A stretch of DNA of 64,000 bases from the human T2T-CHM13v2.0 reference genome, Homo sapiens: the NCBI RefSeq assembly GCF_009914755.1, contig NC_060932.1. One strand, written 5' to 3'. The notes beneath the pieces were generated by a model, which saw only the letters and a list, made by a program, of their open reading frames with translations, ran no database searches and was not told the DNA's origin. Positions 15,866-28,213 of the stretch are shown here, piece after piece. The position numbers were made by a program, and so were the translations under genes. Positions within the stretch are counted from its first letter, which is position 1. Each line of letters begins with the position of its first letter.

Positions 15866-16063
15866 ATAATTCTTTGTCAGAGGGTGAAAAACTGCTTCAA
15901 TCAAGGCTAGTAAAGCTTGCGAAAAGAGTTAGATTTCCATGTGATGTGACTGAAAATGCTATTGAAACACATGCCCCTACCACGTGGCATTCCTTATCTG
16001 AAATTCCCACGGGTAGAGGCCCAATGATATTCATTCCACAAACAAACTTTGACCATTATGTGT

Positions 16064-16176
16064 AGGGTTGTCAGATAAATATTTGGGACCTATTTACACT
16101 AAAATTTTTTTCACTGTTTATCTGAAATCCAAATTTAACTGGACGTCCTGGGTTATCTGTCAAGTCTGGCAACCTT
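16064..16176. mobile_element. MER53 (hAT MITE), internally deleted
   Basis: TIRs agggttgtcagat / tctggcaacctt; internal gtttatctgaaatccaaatttaactggacgtcctg. Confidence 0.8.
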
Positions 16177-16234
16177 AAGTAAGTGCCAGGTCCTAGGCTC
16201 TGGGGATACATCACTATGCTTTACTACAAAGGAA

Positions 16235-16440
16235 CTCATCTCCTTCAAGGCCTACAGGTGATTCTAACGTGCAGACTGGTTGCAGATCCACTGTCTTGGA
16301 AACTGATTCAACTCCATATTCTACAGTTAAGAAAACTGAAGCCAGAAGAGGTTGTGTGATTTGCCTAAAGGCACACAGCTGTTCAAAGGCAAAGGTGGCA
16401 CTAGCTCCCACATTCAGAATTCTTTCCTGTGTACGTTTTT
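16235..16440. mobile_element. MER5-type fragment followed by a MIR fragment
   Basis: caggtgattctaacgtgcagactggttgcagatccactg, then gaaaactgaagccagaagaggttgtgtgatttgcctaaaggcacacagct. Confidence 0.6.
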
Positions 16441-16720
16441 CTAGCTGCCTCTTCACTTCTGCTCCTAAAAGCTCTTTGTTTTAGGATGAAATGAGAGGCT
16501 ACTTTTTTCTGACTTTGCAGAGAGAGGGAGGCTTATAATATAAATGGTCCGAGTTCCTTTAATGAGGAAGATGATCACATTTTAGTCACCTAAATGTTTT
16601 ATGGCAGGAGAGTATTTTGAATAAGAAGGGAAAGACAAAAATTATAGAGCAAGTAAGTCTTGTCCAAGTCCACGGAAATACTTTCTTGAAGAGAAAATTT
16701 TCCAAATATTCTTTTATATA

Positions 16721-16721
<1 letters not shown>

Positions 16722-16765
<44 letters not shown>
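16722..16765. repeat. (TA)n microsatellite, about 22 units
   Basis: Pure TA run seen directly in the sequence. Confidence 0.95.
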
Positions 16766-16767
<2 letters not shown>

Positions 16768-16887
16768 TTTTATATATATCACATGTATATGTCATATGTA
16801 TGATATGTAGCTTATTAGATATAGCTCATATAGGTGATCTATATAGCTCAAAGCTTCAGGATGACTTGCTTTAATTTATAAGAATCA

Positions 16888-17203
16888 GGCCAAGCGCAGT
16901 ACCTTTTGTCTGTAATCCCAGCACTTTGGGAGGCTAAGGCAGGGGGGTCATCTGAGTCCAGAAGTTCGAGACCAGGCTGAGCAACACAGTGAGACCCCCC
17001 GGCCTCTACCAAAAAAAAAAAAAAAAAATTAGCCAGTCATGGTGGCATGCATCTGTAGTCTCAGCTACTCAGGAGGCTGAGGTGGGAGAATCATTTGAGC
17101 CCAGGAGGTAGAGGTTGCAGTAAGCCAAGATCACACCACTGCACTCTAGCCTGGGCAACAGAGGGAGACCTTGTCTCAAAAAGAAAAAAAAAAAGCACAA
17201 ATA
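16888..17203 (+). mobile_element. AluJ
   Basis: J-type diagnostics (gcaacacagtgagacccc, tgagcccaggagg); diverged TSD aatttataagaatca / aatttacaagtatca. Confidence 0.9.
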
Positions 17204-18163
17204 AAATTTACAAGTATCAATAAAGAAGGCTACTTTTCGCTTTTCCTTATTTCTTCTCAGGCATCTTTTGTAAATATTTTGATCAAGACTGACAAATTCC
17301 CAGTCTCCGTAAAGAATAAACTCTGCTTGAAGTTTAAAAAATAGTGATCATGATGACATGCCAGGGAAGAAGTCATTATTCTTCCTGAAACTGGGCATCA
17401 CAGAATTTAAAGCTTTCTGGGTAGGGTGCTATATATCACATTCCAACTCAAAGATCACCAGGACAGAAGGTTCAGAAACTTCCTTTTCACCTAATCCAAG
17501 TCTCTCATTTGTTCAGAGTTTGTCTAAATCCTGAGTCTATCATTAATAAAGATAGAGGCTGGATTCGGTCAATTTTGCATAGATCTTAATCTAGCATAGG
17601 TTTCTTGTTAGTCTTTTCTTGTGGTTCCTATATGCCAAATCCAATTATCCTAAATGCAAATAAAGCAAACTTCGCTTTAATAAAAGTGATCCCAAAACAT
17701 ATTCCTAGAGCATTAGACTCTACTGTAGAAAATTGCATGAAATTTCAGAATCAAGATAAATTCACATGATCTTTGGAGTTCCTTATGATGGAACGTGACC
17801 CAAAAATCTCAACTCTTTAGCTCTAGGCTTCCTCCAGCAGCACATCCAATTTTGATGTACTGAGTCCTTTAAAGGCCATCAAGGTGACTGTAAGTTGCTG
17901 CATTTGTCACGGAATACTTTCACTGGGAGAGAAGCACATATTACCATATCACACGTAACAACTCTACATCTCAAGCTACCCTTACCACAGGCAGAGTCAA
18001 TCTTAGAAAAATCTAAAGAAGCTCCTATTTGAAAATGGAAAAACAAAAAAGGATCAAGCAGTGTAGCTTCTACCTTTCCAATTATTCAGCTAAGTGATTC
18101 TCTCCATCTCCTCCAAGCTTCCTACATTGCAGCTGTTTCCAAAACTCAAATCTTTTCTCAAAA

Positions 18164-18786
18164 TGAAGTGGCATCATTGTCTGGGGTAAGTACCCAGGGT
18201 TCATTGTCTGGCACCAAGAAGATTAAGGACACAGACACATGTGGGTGGGTTAAGGAGTAGAAAGTTTAATAGGCAGAAGAAAGGAGAGAGAAGAGCAGAG
18301 AGATATGTCCAAAAGGGAAAAGCCAGCCTGCGGCAAACTGCAACAGATTTTATAGGCAGGCTTGAGGAGGCAGTGTCTGATTTATGTAGGGCCCAGATTT
18401 GTTCAACCAGGTGTGACTTTTACAGAGCTTGCAGGAAAGGCCGGTTGCCCCACCCTAATCCTATTATACAAATGGGCTTTCCACTTGGCCAGCCCATCTT
18501 GTCTGCTCCTTACTGTACACGTGGCTGGCAAGGAGAAAGGGAAGATGGAGCTGCCATTTTGATCATGCCTAATCCCAGGTAGCCTTTTTCTACTGGCACA
18601 ACTGCCGGCATTCACCCATGCAAGCTTCTAGCTTACTTGTCAATGTCTGTGGCTCCACTCTACAGGCTGCTCTTTGAAAAAGAAGAAAATGATTTTGGGG
18701 CTGATTTTCAGTAAAAGAAAAACCTTGCCAAGGCCTTCCTTACCCTCACTATCTGCCTAAATAATTTCTTTTTAACTCCTATATCA
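18164..18786 (-). mobile_element. ERV1 solo LTR (LTR9/MER61-like)
   Basis: TG...CA termini with aaaa on both flanks; minus strand begins TGATATAGGAGTTAAAAAGAAATTATTTAGGCAGATAGTGAGGGTAAG. Confidence 0.8.
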
Positions 18787-19880
18787 AAAAGACAAGAATT
18801 ATCAAGATTCATCAAGAAGTGTTCTGAAAAGAGTTATGGAGTATGTGCCATTCTGTTATGCTTGTTGATGTTTTTAAAGTGAATCACATCACATTATAGT
18901 CTCACTTTGTGTCCATGACAGTATTATTCCACGATAAGTAGTTCTGTATTTGAAAAGTTAACAGTACACCCTTCAGACATCTACCTACTTGATGGTAGAT
19001 TTTGTCTTACCTGCCTGGGCATGTTGTACTGAATTAAGGTCACAGTTACATAAATAACATTCCAAACATTTTTCTCCAACTGAATTAAAAGGGGCAGTTA
19101 TAGCTTCTCCCTTTCCTATTGGTTAGCAACTCTGACCAGGGCCCGGGAGAGCTCTCCAGTCCTAGAATAGAGCAGTTGCTATTCACATGATCTCTGTGAA
19201 GGCATGACTCCCTCCCCTCTACCTCTCTGCACCCCTGCCCCTTAGTCAGCATGACTCAACACTTGTAAACTAGGCAATATGACTGAGAACTTTCTACTTG
19301 AACTTTGATTTCAGGAGAGTGGCATGTCTTAAAATGTTGACCATTTACTCATTAACTGGCAAGATAGAATTCCCCAAACTGTGAGGTAAAGTTTGAAGCT
19401 AAAATTTTAACACAGGAAGATTGTGTTAATTCTCTTAGGTGTCCTGAGGTCTATGAGATTTTGACTCTAGGTAATGAGATTATGATACATTATGTCTTTG
19501 GGGTACTTTTTCTTCTTTCCCAAGACTCCCTAGCTATTGGAAAGTAATCTCTTCCTTATTAGGCATGTCCACTTATAAAAATCATAAAATAATTGCTGAT
19601 GAAGTATCTACTATTTCACCACTGTAAAGAGAGCCATTTGAAACCTATTAAGCAAGTGTCTCAAGCCTGTAATAAGAATATTCAAAGTATGAGGACAGGA
19701 CATGAGCTGTGCTGACAGCTGAAGGTGCCAGTATATGTACTGAAGAAGGCATTTCCACCCATGACTCCAAGTGGCACCCATAGATTACTTTACTCTGAAA
19801 AGTATGAGCTTCTGATTTGGGTGTGCTCTTTCTTCCTCAAGGGATTAAAGAGAGGTAAAAGAGGTAAAGTGTCTCATTCT

Positions 19881-20165
19881 TTTTTTTTTTTTCTTTGAGA
19901 TAGAATCTCTCTCTGTCACCCAGGCTGGAGTGCAGTGGTGTGATCTCGGCTCACTGCAACCTCTGCCTCCTGGATTCAAGTGATTCTCCTTCCTCAGCCT
20001 CCTGAGTAGCTGGGATTACTGGTGTGTGCCACCATTCCTGCCTAATTTTTTATATTTTTAGCAAAGACCAGGTTTTGCCATGTTGGCCAGACTGGTCTCA
20101 AATGATTCGCCTGCCTCAGCCTCCCAAAGCGTTGAGATTACAGGTGTGAGCCACTGCGCCCGGCC
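19881..20165 (-). mobile_element. AluS with short internal deletion in the left arm
   Basis: actggtctca^aatgattcgc lacks the usual aactcctgacctc; TSD aagtgtctc(a/c)ttct. Confidence 0.95.
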
Positions 20166-20896
20166 AAGTGTCTCCTTCTGTAATATAAAAGTGAGTAAAG
20201 TGAACAGGAAGAGGTGGGAATGTGCAGAGGGATGAATGAAGTGTTAGAATAAAACAGAAAAGCCAGTTTTTTTGGGGGTGGATAAATGCTTAGCACCCCT
20301 GTCAAAAGTCCTGGTTCTAAGTTCAGTTAGTTCCTGTCATAAAAATTAATAAGAATAATCCTTATATTATTTGTTATTATGATCTAAATTCCATTCATTT
20401 AAGTGTTCTGTTGCCAATAGCAATCCCAAAGAGGTGACAGAATAAGTAACCCTCTGAGTTAAACCTAAAATTATTTCATCATTGTCATTCTACCCAGCTT
20501 TTTTCAAAGCCATGTTTAATGCTGTCGTTGACATACTTATCTAAGCTTTTTTTGGAATGCACTTATCTCAAAGAAGTTAGGTAATTCAATTGAGTACAAA
20601 AATATGTTTAGTTTTCTTGATAAAGTATCTTTGACTTTTTGTTCTTCTGAGAGTCCTGTCCATTTGCTGTAGTTTAATTCTTTCCTTAAAGAGGCAATTG
20701 CTTTTGAGTGAGGGCTAAAGTAAATCTGTCCCTAGATGGCTTTATGTAGTTGCTACCTTTAGCTTATATTCAAACAAATAGGAAAAGACAACTTTTTCAA
20801 AGATAGTGCTATGTCACTAACTTCCATTTACTAATATCTTTAATTAGTATTTAACTGGTGAAGAAATGGCTAGTTAAAACAATTCCAACAGGCTTG

Positions 20897-20915
20897 TAAT
20901 GCCATCTAGTGGACA
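20897..20915 (-). promoter_or_regulatory. CTCF consensus motif
   Basis: Minus strand TGTCCACTAGATGGCATTA versus consensus TGGCCACCAGRKGGCRSTA, in non-repeat sequence. Confidence 0.6.
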
Positions 20916-21519
20916 GTCTTCAAAATATCCCACGGGCCATCTTCTTTCTAAGTGATCATCAAATAAGTCTTTATTCTTCAGGATGTAGCCAAGCTACTAG
21001 CTAATAATTATTGGTTGGGATCACTGAACTCACTGAAAAATCTCTAATAGTATTTCTAACATTGATGCAATCTTGGGGAAAATTAAGGTACCACCTGTGT
21101 GCCTTGGGCTCTTCATCCATTCAATTGATGGAGCTAAGCCTTTGGAATAAAGTACAGCTGCCCAAAGTGGTGATTCAATGCACTCAGTTCATCCTCATTG
21201 ATACCATATCATGTATCTCTTGCCTGCTATGTGAGGGATTTAAGTATAATTGCTCAGTTCTCTTGAGTAATAAGTTTAAGTAATAAATGACATTTGTGAT
21301 TTTTTTTTACTATAGAAGAATTTTAACAATTTTACATACTTCTAATAGCTACTTTGTGTAGAATGTACTCATTTTACACATGAGGGAATTAAGGTTAATG
21401 AAAACTAAGTGACTTGAGCAGAGTCAGATGCATATTAAATTCAACTATAGATTTTCAAAATCTAAGTTCATTGACTCTTTCAATAAGCCAGTACCATATG
21501 GAAAGAATGGTACTTCATC

Positions 21520-22130
21520 ACAAAGGAGAGCATTTCTCAGAAATGCAGAGAGGATTGAACATATATTCACCTATTAATGTGATTCACTACTTCAGCACAC
21601 ACAAAAGGAAAGAATGCCTGGTTATCTCAATAGACGCTTAAAAAGCATTTGATAAAATTTGACCCCGTTCTTGATAATAATAAAGTCTTGGTAGTAAAAG
21701 GATGCTACCATAATGTGATAAAGATCATATACAAGAATCCTACAACAATCCTCATGTATACTGATGAAACATAATTGTTTCCAATTACACTCAGTAATAG
21801 GGTTAGTATTTCTATTATCACTATGAATTAAACAATGTACTTGAGGCCATGCAATAAGACAAAGATTTAATTGGTATGATTTGATTGTTTATCCAGAAAA
21901 TCTAAAGAATTTGTTTTTAAATCAGAACTTATGAGATAGTAAATAGTGCCAAAGAGAAATGCATAAAAATAGCTCTCCTATAAAATTAAAAAAGAAATCA
22001 ATCGCATATACAATAGGAAAGGAAAAATACTGAAAACACAAAAAGCAAACTAAAAAAAGCAAACAAGTTGAAAATGCTTAGGAACAAACCAAATGAGAAA
22101 TGTGCAAGTCATGTGAATAACAGTTGAGTT
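21520..22130 (+). mobile_element. Ancient L1 ORF2 (RT region) remnant
   Basis: atctcaatagacgcttaaaaagcatttgataaaatt corresponds to ISIDA(E)KAFDKI with a stop codon. Confidence 0.75.
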
Positions 22131-22671
22131 TTATCAGATGTTTAGCAGCTATTGAGATGACTATATATTTTTAAATATCTTTTGGGCTTTCTGATGCAAA
22201 TATGGGGATGTTATCTTATTATACACAACTTAGAACTGAAATGTCATAAAAAATTTGACAAGAAAGAGACTGAGAAAAATACTTGCAATAATTCAGTTCA
22301 AATATAGTTTCCTTAAGAAAAGTCTTCCTTTACATCCATGTCTTGGTCATATTTTAACTCTCTCTCAATTGCTATTCCCATTATTCAGAGCATGTATCTC
22401 ACTTTAGAATAATGCATTTACTATAGTGATTATCCTATTAGTTTTTCAATTAATTTCTTCCATGAGACTATAAGTTCAAGAGAACATGGACTCTAAGCAC
22501 ACATTTTGGAAAATAACAGGCTCAATAAGTAGTATTTGTTGAATGAATCAATGAAAATAAATCTAGACTATATATAAAATATAGAATATATAATTACATT
22601 AATTACATCAATTACATAACTATATTATATAATATATAATATACACAATAATCTATATATAACAATTATGG

Positions 22672-22966
22672 GGCCAGTCATGGTGGCTCACACCTGTAAT
22701 CCCAGCACTTTGGGAGGCCAAGGCGGGCAGATCACCTGAGGTCAGGAGTTGGAGACCAGCTTGACTAACATGGAGAAACCCCATCTCTACTAAAAATACA
22801 AAATTAGCCGGGCATGGTGGCACGTGCCTGTAATCCCAGCTACTCAGGAGGCTGAGGCAGGAGAAATCACTTGAACCCGAGAGGCGGAGTTTGCAGTGAG
22901 CGGGATCGCACCATTGCACTTCAGCTTGGGCAACAAGGGTGAAACTCCATCTCAAAAAAAAAAAAA
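22672..22966 (+). mobile_element. AluSp-like
   Basis: aacatggagaaacccc and gggcaacaagggtgaaactcc diagnostics. Confidence 0.95.
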
Positions 22967-23196
22967 TGCCAGTAATAAACCCTTGAATAATTTTCATTGC
23001 ACTATAAGAGAGCACCTTTAGATTTTAGCTTCTTCCTTGGCATCTTATGATCTCAGAAAGAGTCAGACAAATGCCAATGTAGAAAGAAGTTGAATTATCA
23101 TAAAAAGAAAGTATCAGACAAGAAGAAAACTTGAATGGAATGTCGATCTTTTCCATTCTCATTAATGGAATAGATTTATGGTGAGGAAGAAGGATT

Positions 23197-23228
23197 AAAA
23201 CCACAATTACTTTTGCACCAACCTAATA
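23197..23228. mobile_element. Solo Hsmar1/MADE1 terminal inverted repeat
   Basis: aaaaccacaattacttttgcaccaacctaata is one MADE1 arm plus the TA target. Confidence 0.8.
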
Positions 23229-24329
23229 GATAAGAGAGGGGAAAAAAGCCCCAGAGAAGTACATTAAGCTTCCTTAACAAGCTTAAATCCCTGAAGCCTT
23301 AATAGTTCCATGAGAGGTTAAACAAAAGTGGATGGGCTTTTGTGCCCCACACTCAATTTGGAAATCCATGGGCAGTGGAGGTAGGAGTGAGTTAACTATG
23401 AGAAATATTGTCTCACAAGGTTAGTCCATGGCAATATTGTTTGGTCGCATGGAGTTCAATTAGAGACAGAGCCAGAATGACACCTGAATTACTCTGATCG
23501 CATGAGACCAGGAAGTACATGGATGTGCTGACATGGTTGTGAAAGGTCACAGATGATTTTGGTTGGAAATCTTGATGGAGTTGTCATGGCCTAGAGGAGT
23601 ATCATGACAGTTCTGAATTCCAGGGCAAATGTCCCAGATCGGAGATCTAGTGGGTATTTCAGGGACCTTAGAAAAATGGACAAGTGCCAGACAAAGGAAA
23701 GGTGGCACCGAATCATTTGGGAGGAAAAACAGGCCATGACAAAATCAAGTCAACAACTCTATGCATCCATGGCTGCAGACTTCCTCCTCAACCCCAGTCC
23801 AAGAGTCAGAGAAGGCAGCCCTAAGCAGAGACCACAGATGGTTTAGAAGACAATGCAAGGGTCCATAGGCTTTCCTCTCCATACCAAGAGGTCAGGTAAG
23901 CCTGTCTGTACAGCATTAATATATTTACCACATCCTATCTTGTGGCAGAGAAGGAGGAAAAAGGAAAAGTAGCCCTGACAGAAAGTTACAATTTGAATTG
24001 GCTCATAATTGCTTGAAACTGAATGGTCTTTAACCAAAAGATACTGATATACCATAAACTGACAAATTTAAGTTAGGTTTTACCTAAGATGAAATCTGTT
24101 ATAGAAAATAAGAGTGAAGAGGATTGACATTATTACATTATATTTCTCCCAGCAGATTAGCAGAGACAAAAAAGATCAATACTATTTACTGTTGATGGAA
24201 GTACAAAGAAATATAATTTAAAATACTCGGAAGTATTACACACTGACAAAGTGTTTCTGTGGGTAGTCTCACACTATCAAAATTTTAAACGGCATGCCTC
24301 ACGTCTAGCAATCTCATTTCTATCTATCT

Positions 24330-25180
24330 ATAGATATTGAGATGTTCTCAAATTCAGTTATTGGAGAACATATTTAAATTTGATTTAAAATAAAGATAAC
24401 TGGCATAATCACTGAAATGTCCAAAGATAGTTCAAGTTTCAGGCATGGTACCATCATGACTCAAATTTCGTTTCCCTCAATACTCTGCGTTTTAGTCTTC
24501 TGCAAGTAGCAGCCTTCTGTTCAGTCTGACAACTCTACTTCACAAAATGGCTGCAAGCAGAAACCAGGGTTACCAGTGTGAAAGGAAAATAAATCTTGGG
24601 GCCCCCAAAATCACTAAGCTAAAGGGAAAAGTCAAGCTGGGAACTGCTTAGGGCCAACCTGCCTCCCATTCTATTCTAAGTCATCCCTCTGCTCACTGAG
24701 ATAAATGCATATCTGATTACCTCCTTTTGAGAGGCTCATCAGAAACTCAAAAGAATGCAGTGGTTTGTCTCTCACCAACTTGTGACCTGGAAGCCCCCTC
24801 CCTGCTTGAGTTGTCTCACCTTTCTGGACAGGACCAATGTACATCTTACATATATTGATTGATGTCTCACGTTTCCCTAAATGTGTAAAACCAAGCTGTG
24901 CCCTGACCACCTTGGGCACATTTCATCAGGACCTCCTGAGGCTGTGTCACAGACACGCATCTGCAACCTTGGCAAAATGAACTTCCTAAATTAACTGAGA
25001 CCTGTCTCAGATTTTCGGGGCTCACACAAGCATCTTCATTTACATCTAGAGAAGATAGAGTATCTCTCCATACAGCACTGAATAAAATTCTTGATCATCA
25101 CTCTGTTTGGACCACCTTAGGCAACAGACCCATAGTTAAGCCCATACATAGCAGGCGAGAGGACCCTGATAGGGTAAGCC
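24330..25180 (-). mobile_element. MLT1K/L-type LTR split by MER4
   Basis: ttcaggcatgg...caaaatggctgcaagcag...tttggaccaccttaggcaaca flank the younger LTR. Confidence 0.55.
24577..25026 (+). mobile_element. MER4A-type ERV1 solo LTR
   Basis: tgtgaaaggaaaataaatcttggggcccccaaaatcactaagctaaagggaaaagtcaagctgggaactgc ... ggggctcaca; TSD ccag/caag. Confidence 0.9.
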
Positions 25181-26234
25181 AAACTAAAACACATCCAAGA
25201 TTTCGAGGTAGAGTCAACCCCACCAGTCATATGGTTGCTATAACTAACATACTTGAATGTGTACCTGAATGTGAATAGCAGGTTGGTATTTTTAGATAAA
25301 GACATTTTCCTCGTTTCTGTACCCCATGGTCCCTCCTCCTGTCTGAGCAACTTAGTATCGCCATTGCCTCAAGGAAGGAAGGAACGATACGACAGAGAGC
25401 ATAGACATCAGAAAAGTTAGGTCTTATCTTTTCAGTTTTGGAAGATTTGGTACACATAATCAGTTAAAATTATTTTTTCCCTGAATAGGAGAATAAAAGT
25501 ATCAGAGAACGGAGAGTAACAAGTTATATGTAACTTGAGTCAGCTTCTCCCCATGTCAGAGATGGAGGAAACTACAAATGATAAAATAAAAATTCTACCA
25601 ATATTTGAGGAACCCAAAAGCAAAGTGACCCTGAGCTGCTATCAACCTTCCCAGGTGTAGGGACCTTAAGGAAAAGGTCACAGAGCTTTTTCTGCTTCAA
25701 GAGAGTACAAGAGCACTGGAATGGAGATGCTATAATGGTGAAGGGCCTTAGGCAGCCCCACTTGGTTTCCTTCCCAAGACTAGAATGACTTTCAATCTGC
25801 TTCTGAGCTGTAAAGGAGCAGCTAAGAGACATCCAGATGTGGAGAGTCCTTGCTTTCAGTAACTAAGAATCAGATGGAACCATGAATATCTCGAAAGACA
25901 GAGGCCCTGATAGCTCCCTGTAATGTAGTACCTGGGGTCCCCAGAGGAATCTAAACACAGCCTGAGAAAGTGTCAGGGACATCTGAGAATTACATAAGAT
26001 CATGTTTCTGCCATAGGAAAAATTAAGACCAACTAAGTTCAGTTATAGACAAAGTTACATACTTTGCGGACTGAGACTCACACTTGGTACTTATGCATGT
26101 AAATGATATGCAAATAAATCAATAAAGCTCTGGAAAGGAAAATGGCCAAAGGTTAACAGAGGCAAGGATGTCTCATAATTGCTCAAGTATCGTTCACATG
26201 AACTACAATATTCTTATATTATATTGATGAGAAA

Positions 26235-26430
26235 TAGTGTAATGCAGAGGTTAAGAGTTCTGATTATGGAGACAGTCTGGGCAAGTTACTTAACCTCTTT
26301 GTACTATGGTTTCCTCAAGCAAAATGCAAATAATTTTAGCTTCCTCACAGTTATGAGAATTAAGTATTACATTGTCAAGGTCTTTTTTAAATGCCTACAA
26401 ATATTAAGTGTTCAACAATGTTCATTTTTA
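26235..26430 (+). mobile_element. MIR
   Basis: tctgggcaagttacttaacctctttgtac...gtttcctcaagcaaaatg...gttatgagaattaag. Confidence 0.7.
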
Positions 26431-26589
26431 TTATTTTTCATTTTGACAAAATTTATGATTTACATAAATTAACATGAGTTTATAATAAAACTGATAGGAA
26501 AATTAATAACCCAAAGAAGAAATCAATTCAATTTTTAGATGGCATCAAATAAATAGCTCTCATATAAAGACAACAATGTGCCGATAATG

Positions 26590-27010
26590 GTGAGATCGGC
26601 AGGGATTAGAGATTTTGAAGGGTGGGAGAATTTGGATTGAGTCTTGACGATAAAGTAGGATTTGAATTTGGGAGAATACAGATTTTGGTTTTATAAAGAA
26701 CATGACTGGTAAAACATACAGAGGGCCAAATAAATGTCCAAAGTATGTCTGAGAGAGGAGATGTCATTGGTTGTACTGGACGGCTTGTTTCAGATACCAT
26801 ATAGTTTAAAGTTGGAGAGGTAGGCTGGGCTGGACCACTCACTGAGAGCCTTACGCAGCCAAGATATACATTCAGGAGCTGATGTTTGAGCCACTGATGG
26901 GCTTTGCATGGGATTTATTGTGAATGAGGCAGCAGTAGAAGATAAATGGATCAGAAGTGAACAGACCCATTTAAAGGGGAACTTTATCCAGGCATGCAGG
27001 ATTAAGGGTT
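26590..27010 (-). mobile_element. L2 remnant
   Basis: gaatttggattgagtcttgacgataaagtaggatttg...gagccactgatgggctttg. Confidence 0.55.
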
Positions 27011-27210
27011 TGAATCATGTGATTTTCTATTAACTGAAAAATAGAGAAAAAGGTCAATTTTCTTCAGAAAACAATGAGATCTGTATAAACTCTACACACC
27101 CAGGACCCTTGTGTCAGTGTCTGCTTGTGGGTGGGGTTGTTTTGGGAGGGCTTCCGATGGCTTTCTTCTGTGTCATTCTCTCTCAAGACAGGGAACTGTC
27201 TACTGTTGAC

Positions 27211-27250
27211 TGACGTCACCATTTCATGTCCTGCCAATATTGGACACGTG
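27211..27250. promoter_or_regulatory. CRE + CArG + E-box motif module (candidate enhancer)
   Basis: TGACGTCA at 27211-27218, CCAATATTGG at 27234-27243, CACGTG at 27245-27250. Confidence 0.4.
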
Positions 27251-27707
27251 CTGAAGCCTTACTGACTTAGTGAATTAGGTGAAACCCAAGGCAATAGTGG
27301 GACTTTGACCTGTTGAAATGAGGTCTAACCTAAATAAATCTTTTTATCCTGGTTCTCATTCCTTTTGAGTCTCTGTGTTCTATGCAGGTTTAGAAAATAT
27401 CCAGGTTCCCAGGACCTTGTTTTCTTTTGCTATCAGAATTGACAACCTCGCTATTGGTTCTGTCTAAAGCATAGCTGAAAGACTGAACAATTACCTATAC
27501 TAAAGAGTGTTGCAACAAGCCTCACACAAATGGCAGGGCTCATAATTAAAATTATATCCATAAAAAGGAATGTTTGAATATAATTATCTGTTCTTTGAGA
27601 AGAACAATAAGGAATCACATAAACTCACTTACATGCCGAGAACCCCTGTGTCTGGGAAACATAAACCAAGCCAAGATAATACTATGCAATTGATTTAGTA
27701 TTTCCTT

Positions 27708-27920
27708 TAATATTAATTTAGCACATTGATAATGCTTATTTTCAGAAAGTACAACTGAGTTGAATTTTCAGAAAATACAACTGAGAAAAAGCAGAAGCCA
27801 TAAAATGACTAACATAATATTAATTTAGACATTAATGTTTATTTTCAGAAAATACAACTGAGTTGAATTTTCAGAAAATACAACTGAGAAAAAGTAGAAA
27901 CCATAAAATGACTTGACATA
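27708..27920. repeat. ~107-bp tandem duplication, each copy containing a 26-bp-period internal repeat
   Basis: Copies start at 27708 and 27815; attttcagaaa(g/a)tacaactgag occurs four times. Confidence 0.9.
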
Positions 27921-28213
27921 TTGATATATATCCTTCAAGATATTTTCTTATGTGTAATTTTTTAAGAGGAGATAATACCATATACAATTTTTATTCTCTT
28001 GCTGCTTTTGCCATTTCATATATGGTGAAGACTTTTCAAACAATTAGCATTTTTTAAAACTGCAGTATATTCTATAATCCCTCTCAGTAAATCTTCCTTC
28101 TATTAAATATACAATTATTTCCAATTTTTCATTACTATAAATTATGCATTAAACATCTTTGTGCATTAATCTGTCCACATCTTGTTAAACTATGTGCTTT
28201 AGATAGATGCTTT

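Noticed and set aside
22653-23015. 120-aa ORF and similar ORFs at other Alus
   Set aside because: Standard antisense or sense Alu translations.
25480-26130. Possible ancient LTR with an octamer ATGCAAAT near 26108
   Set aside because: I cannot define termini, TSD or family, and a single motif is expected by chance.
27708-27920. Repeat-spacer-like appearance (CRISPR-like)
   Set aside because: The spacers are duplicated rather than unique, the context is eukaryotic and there are no cas genes; it is a simple nested duplication.
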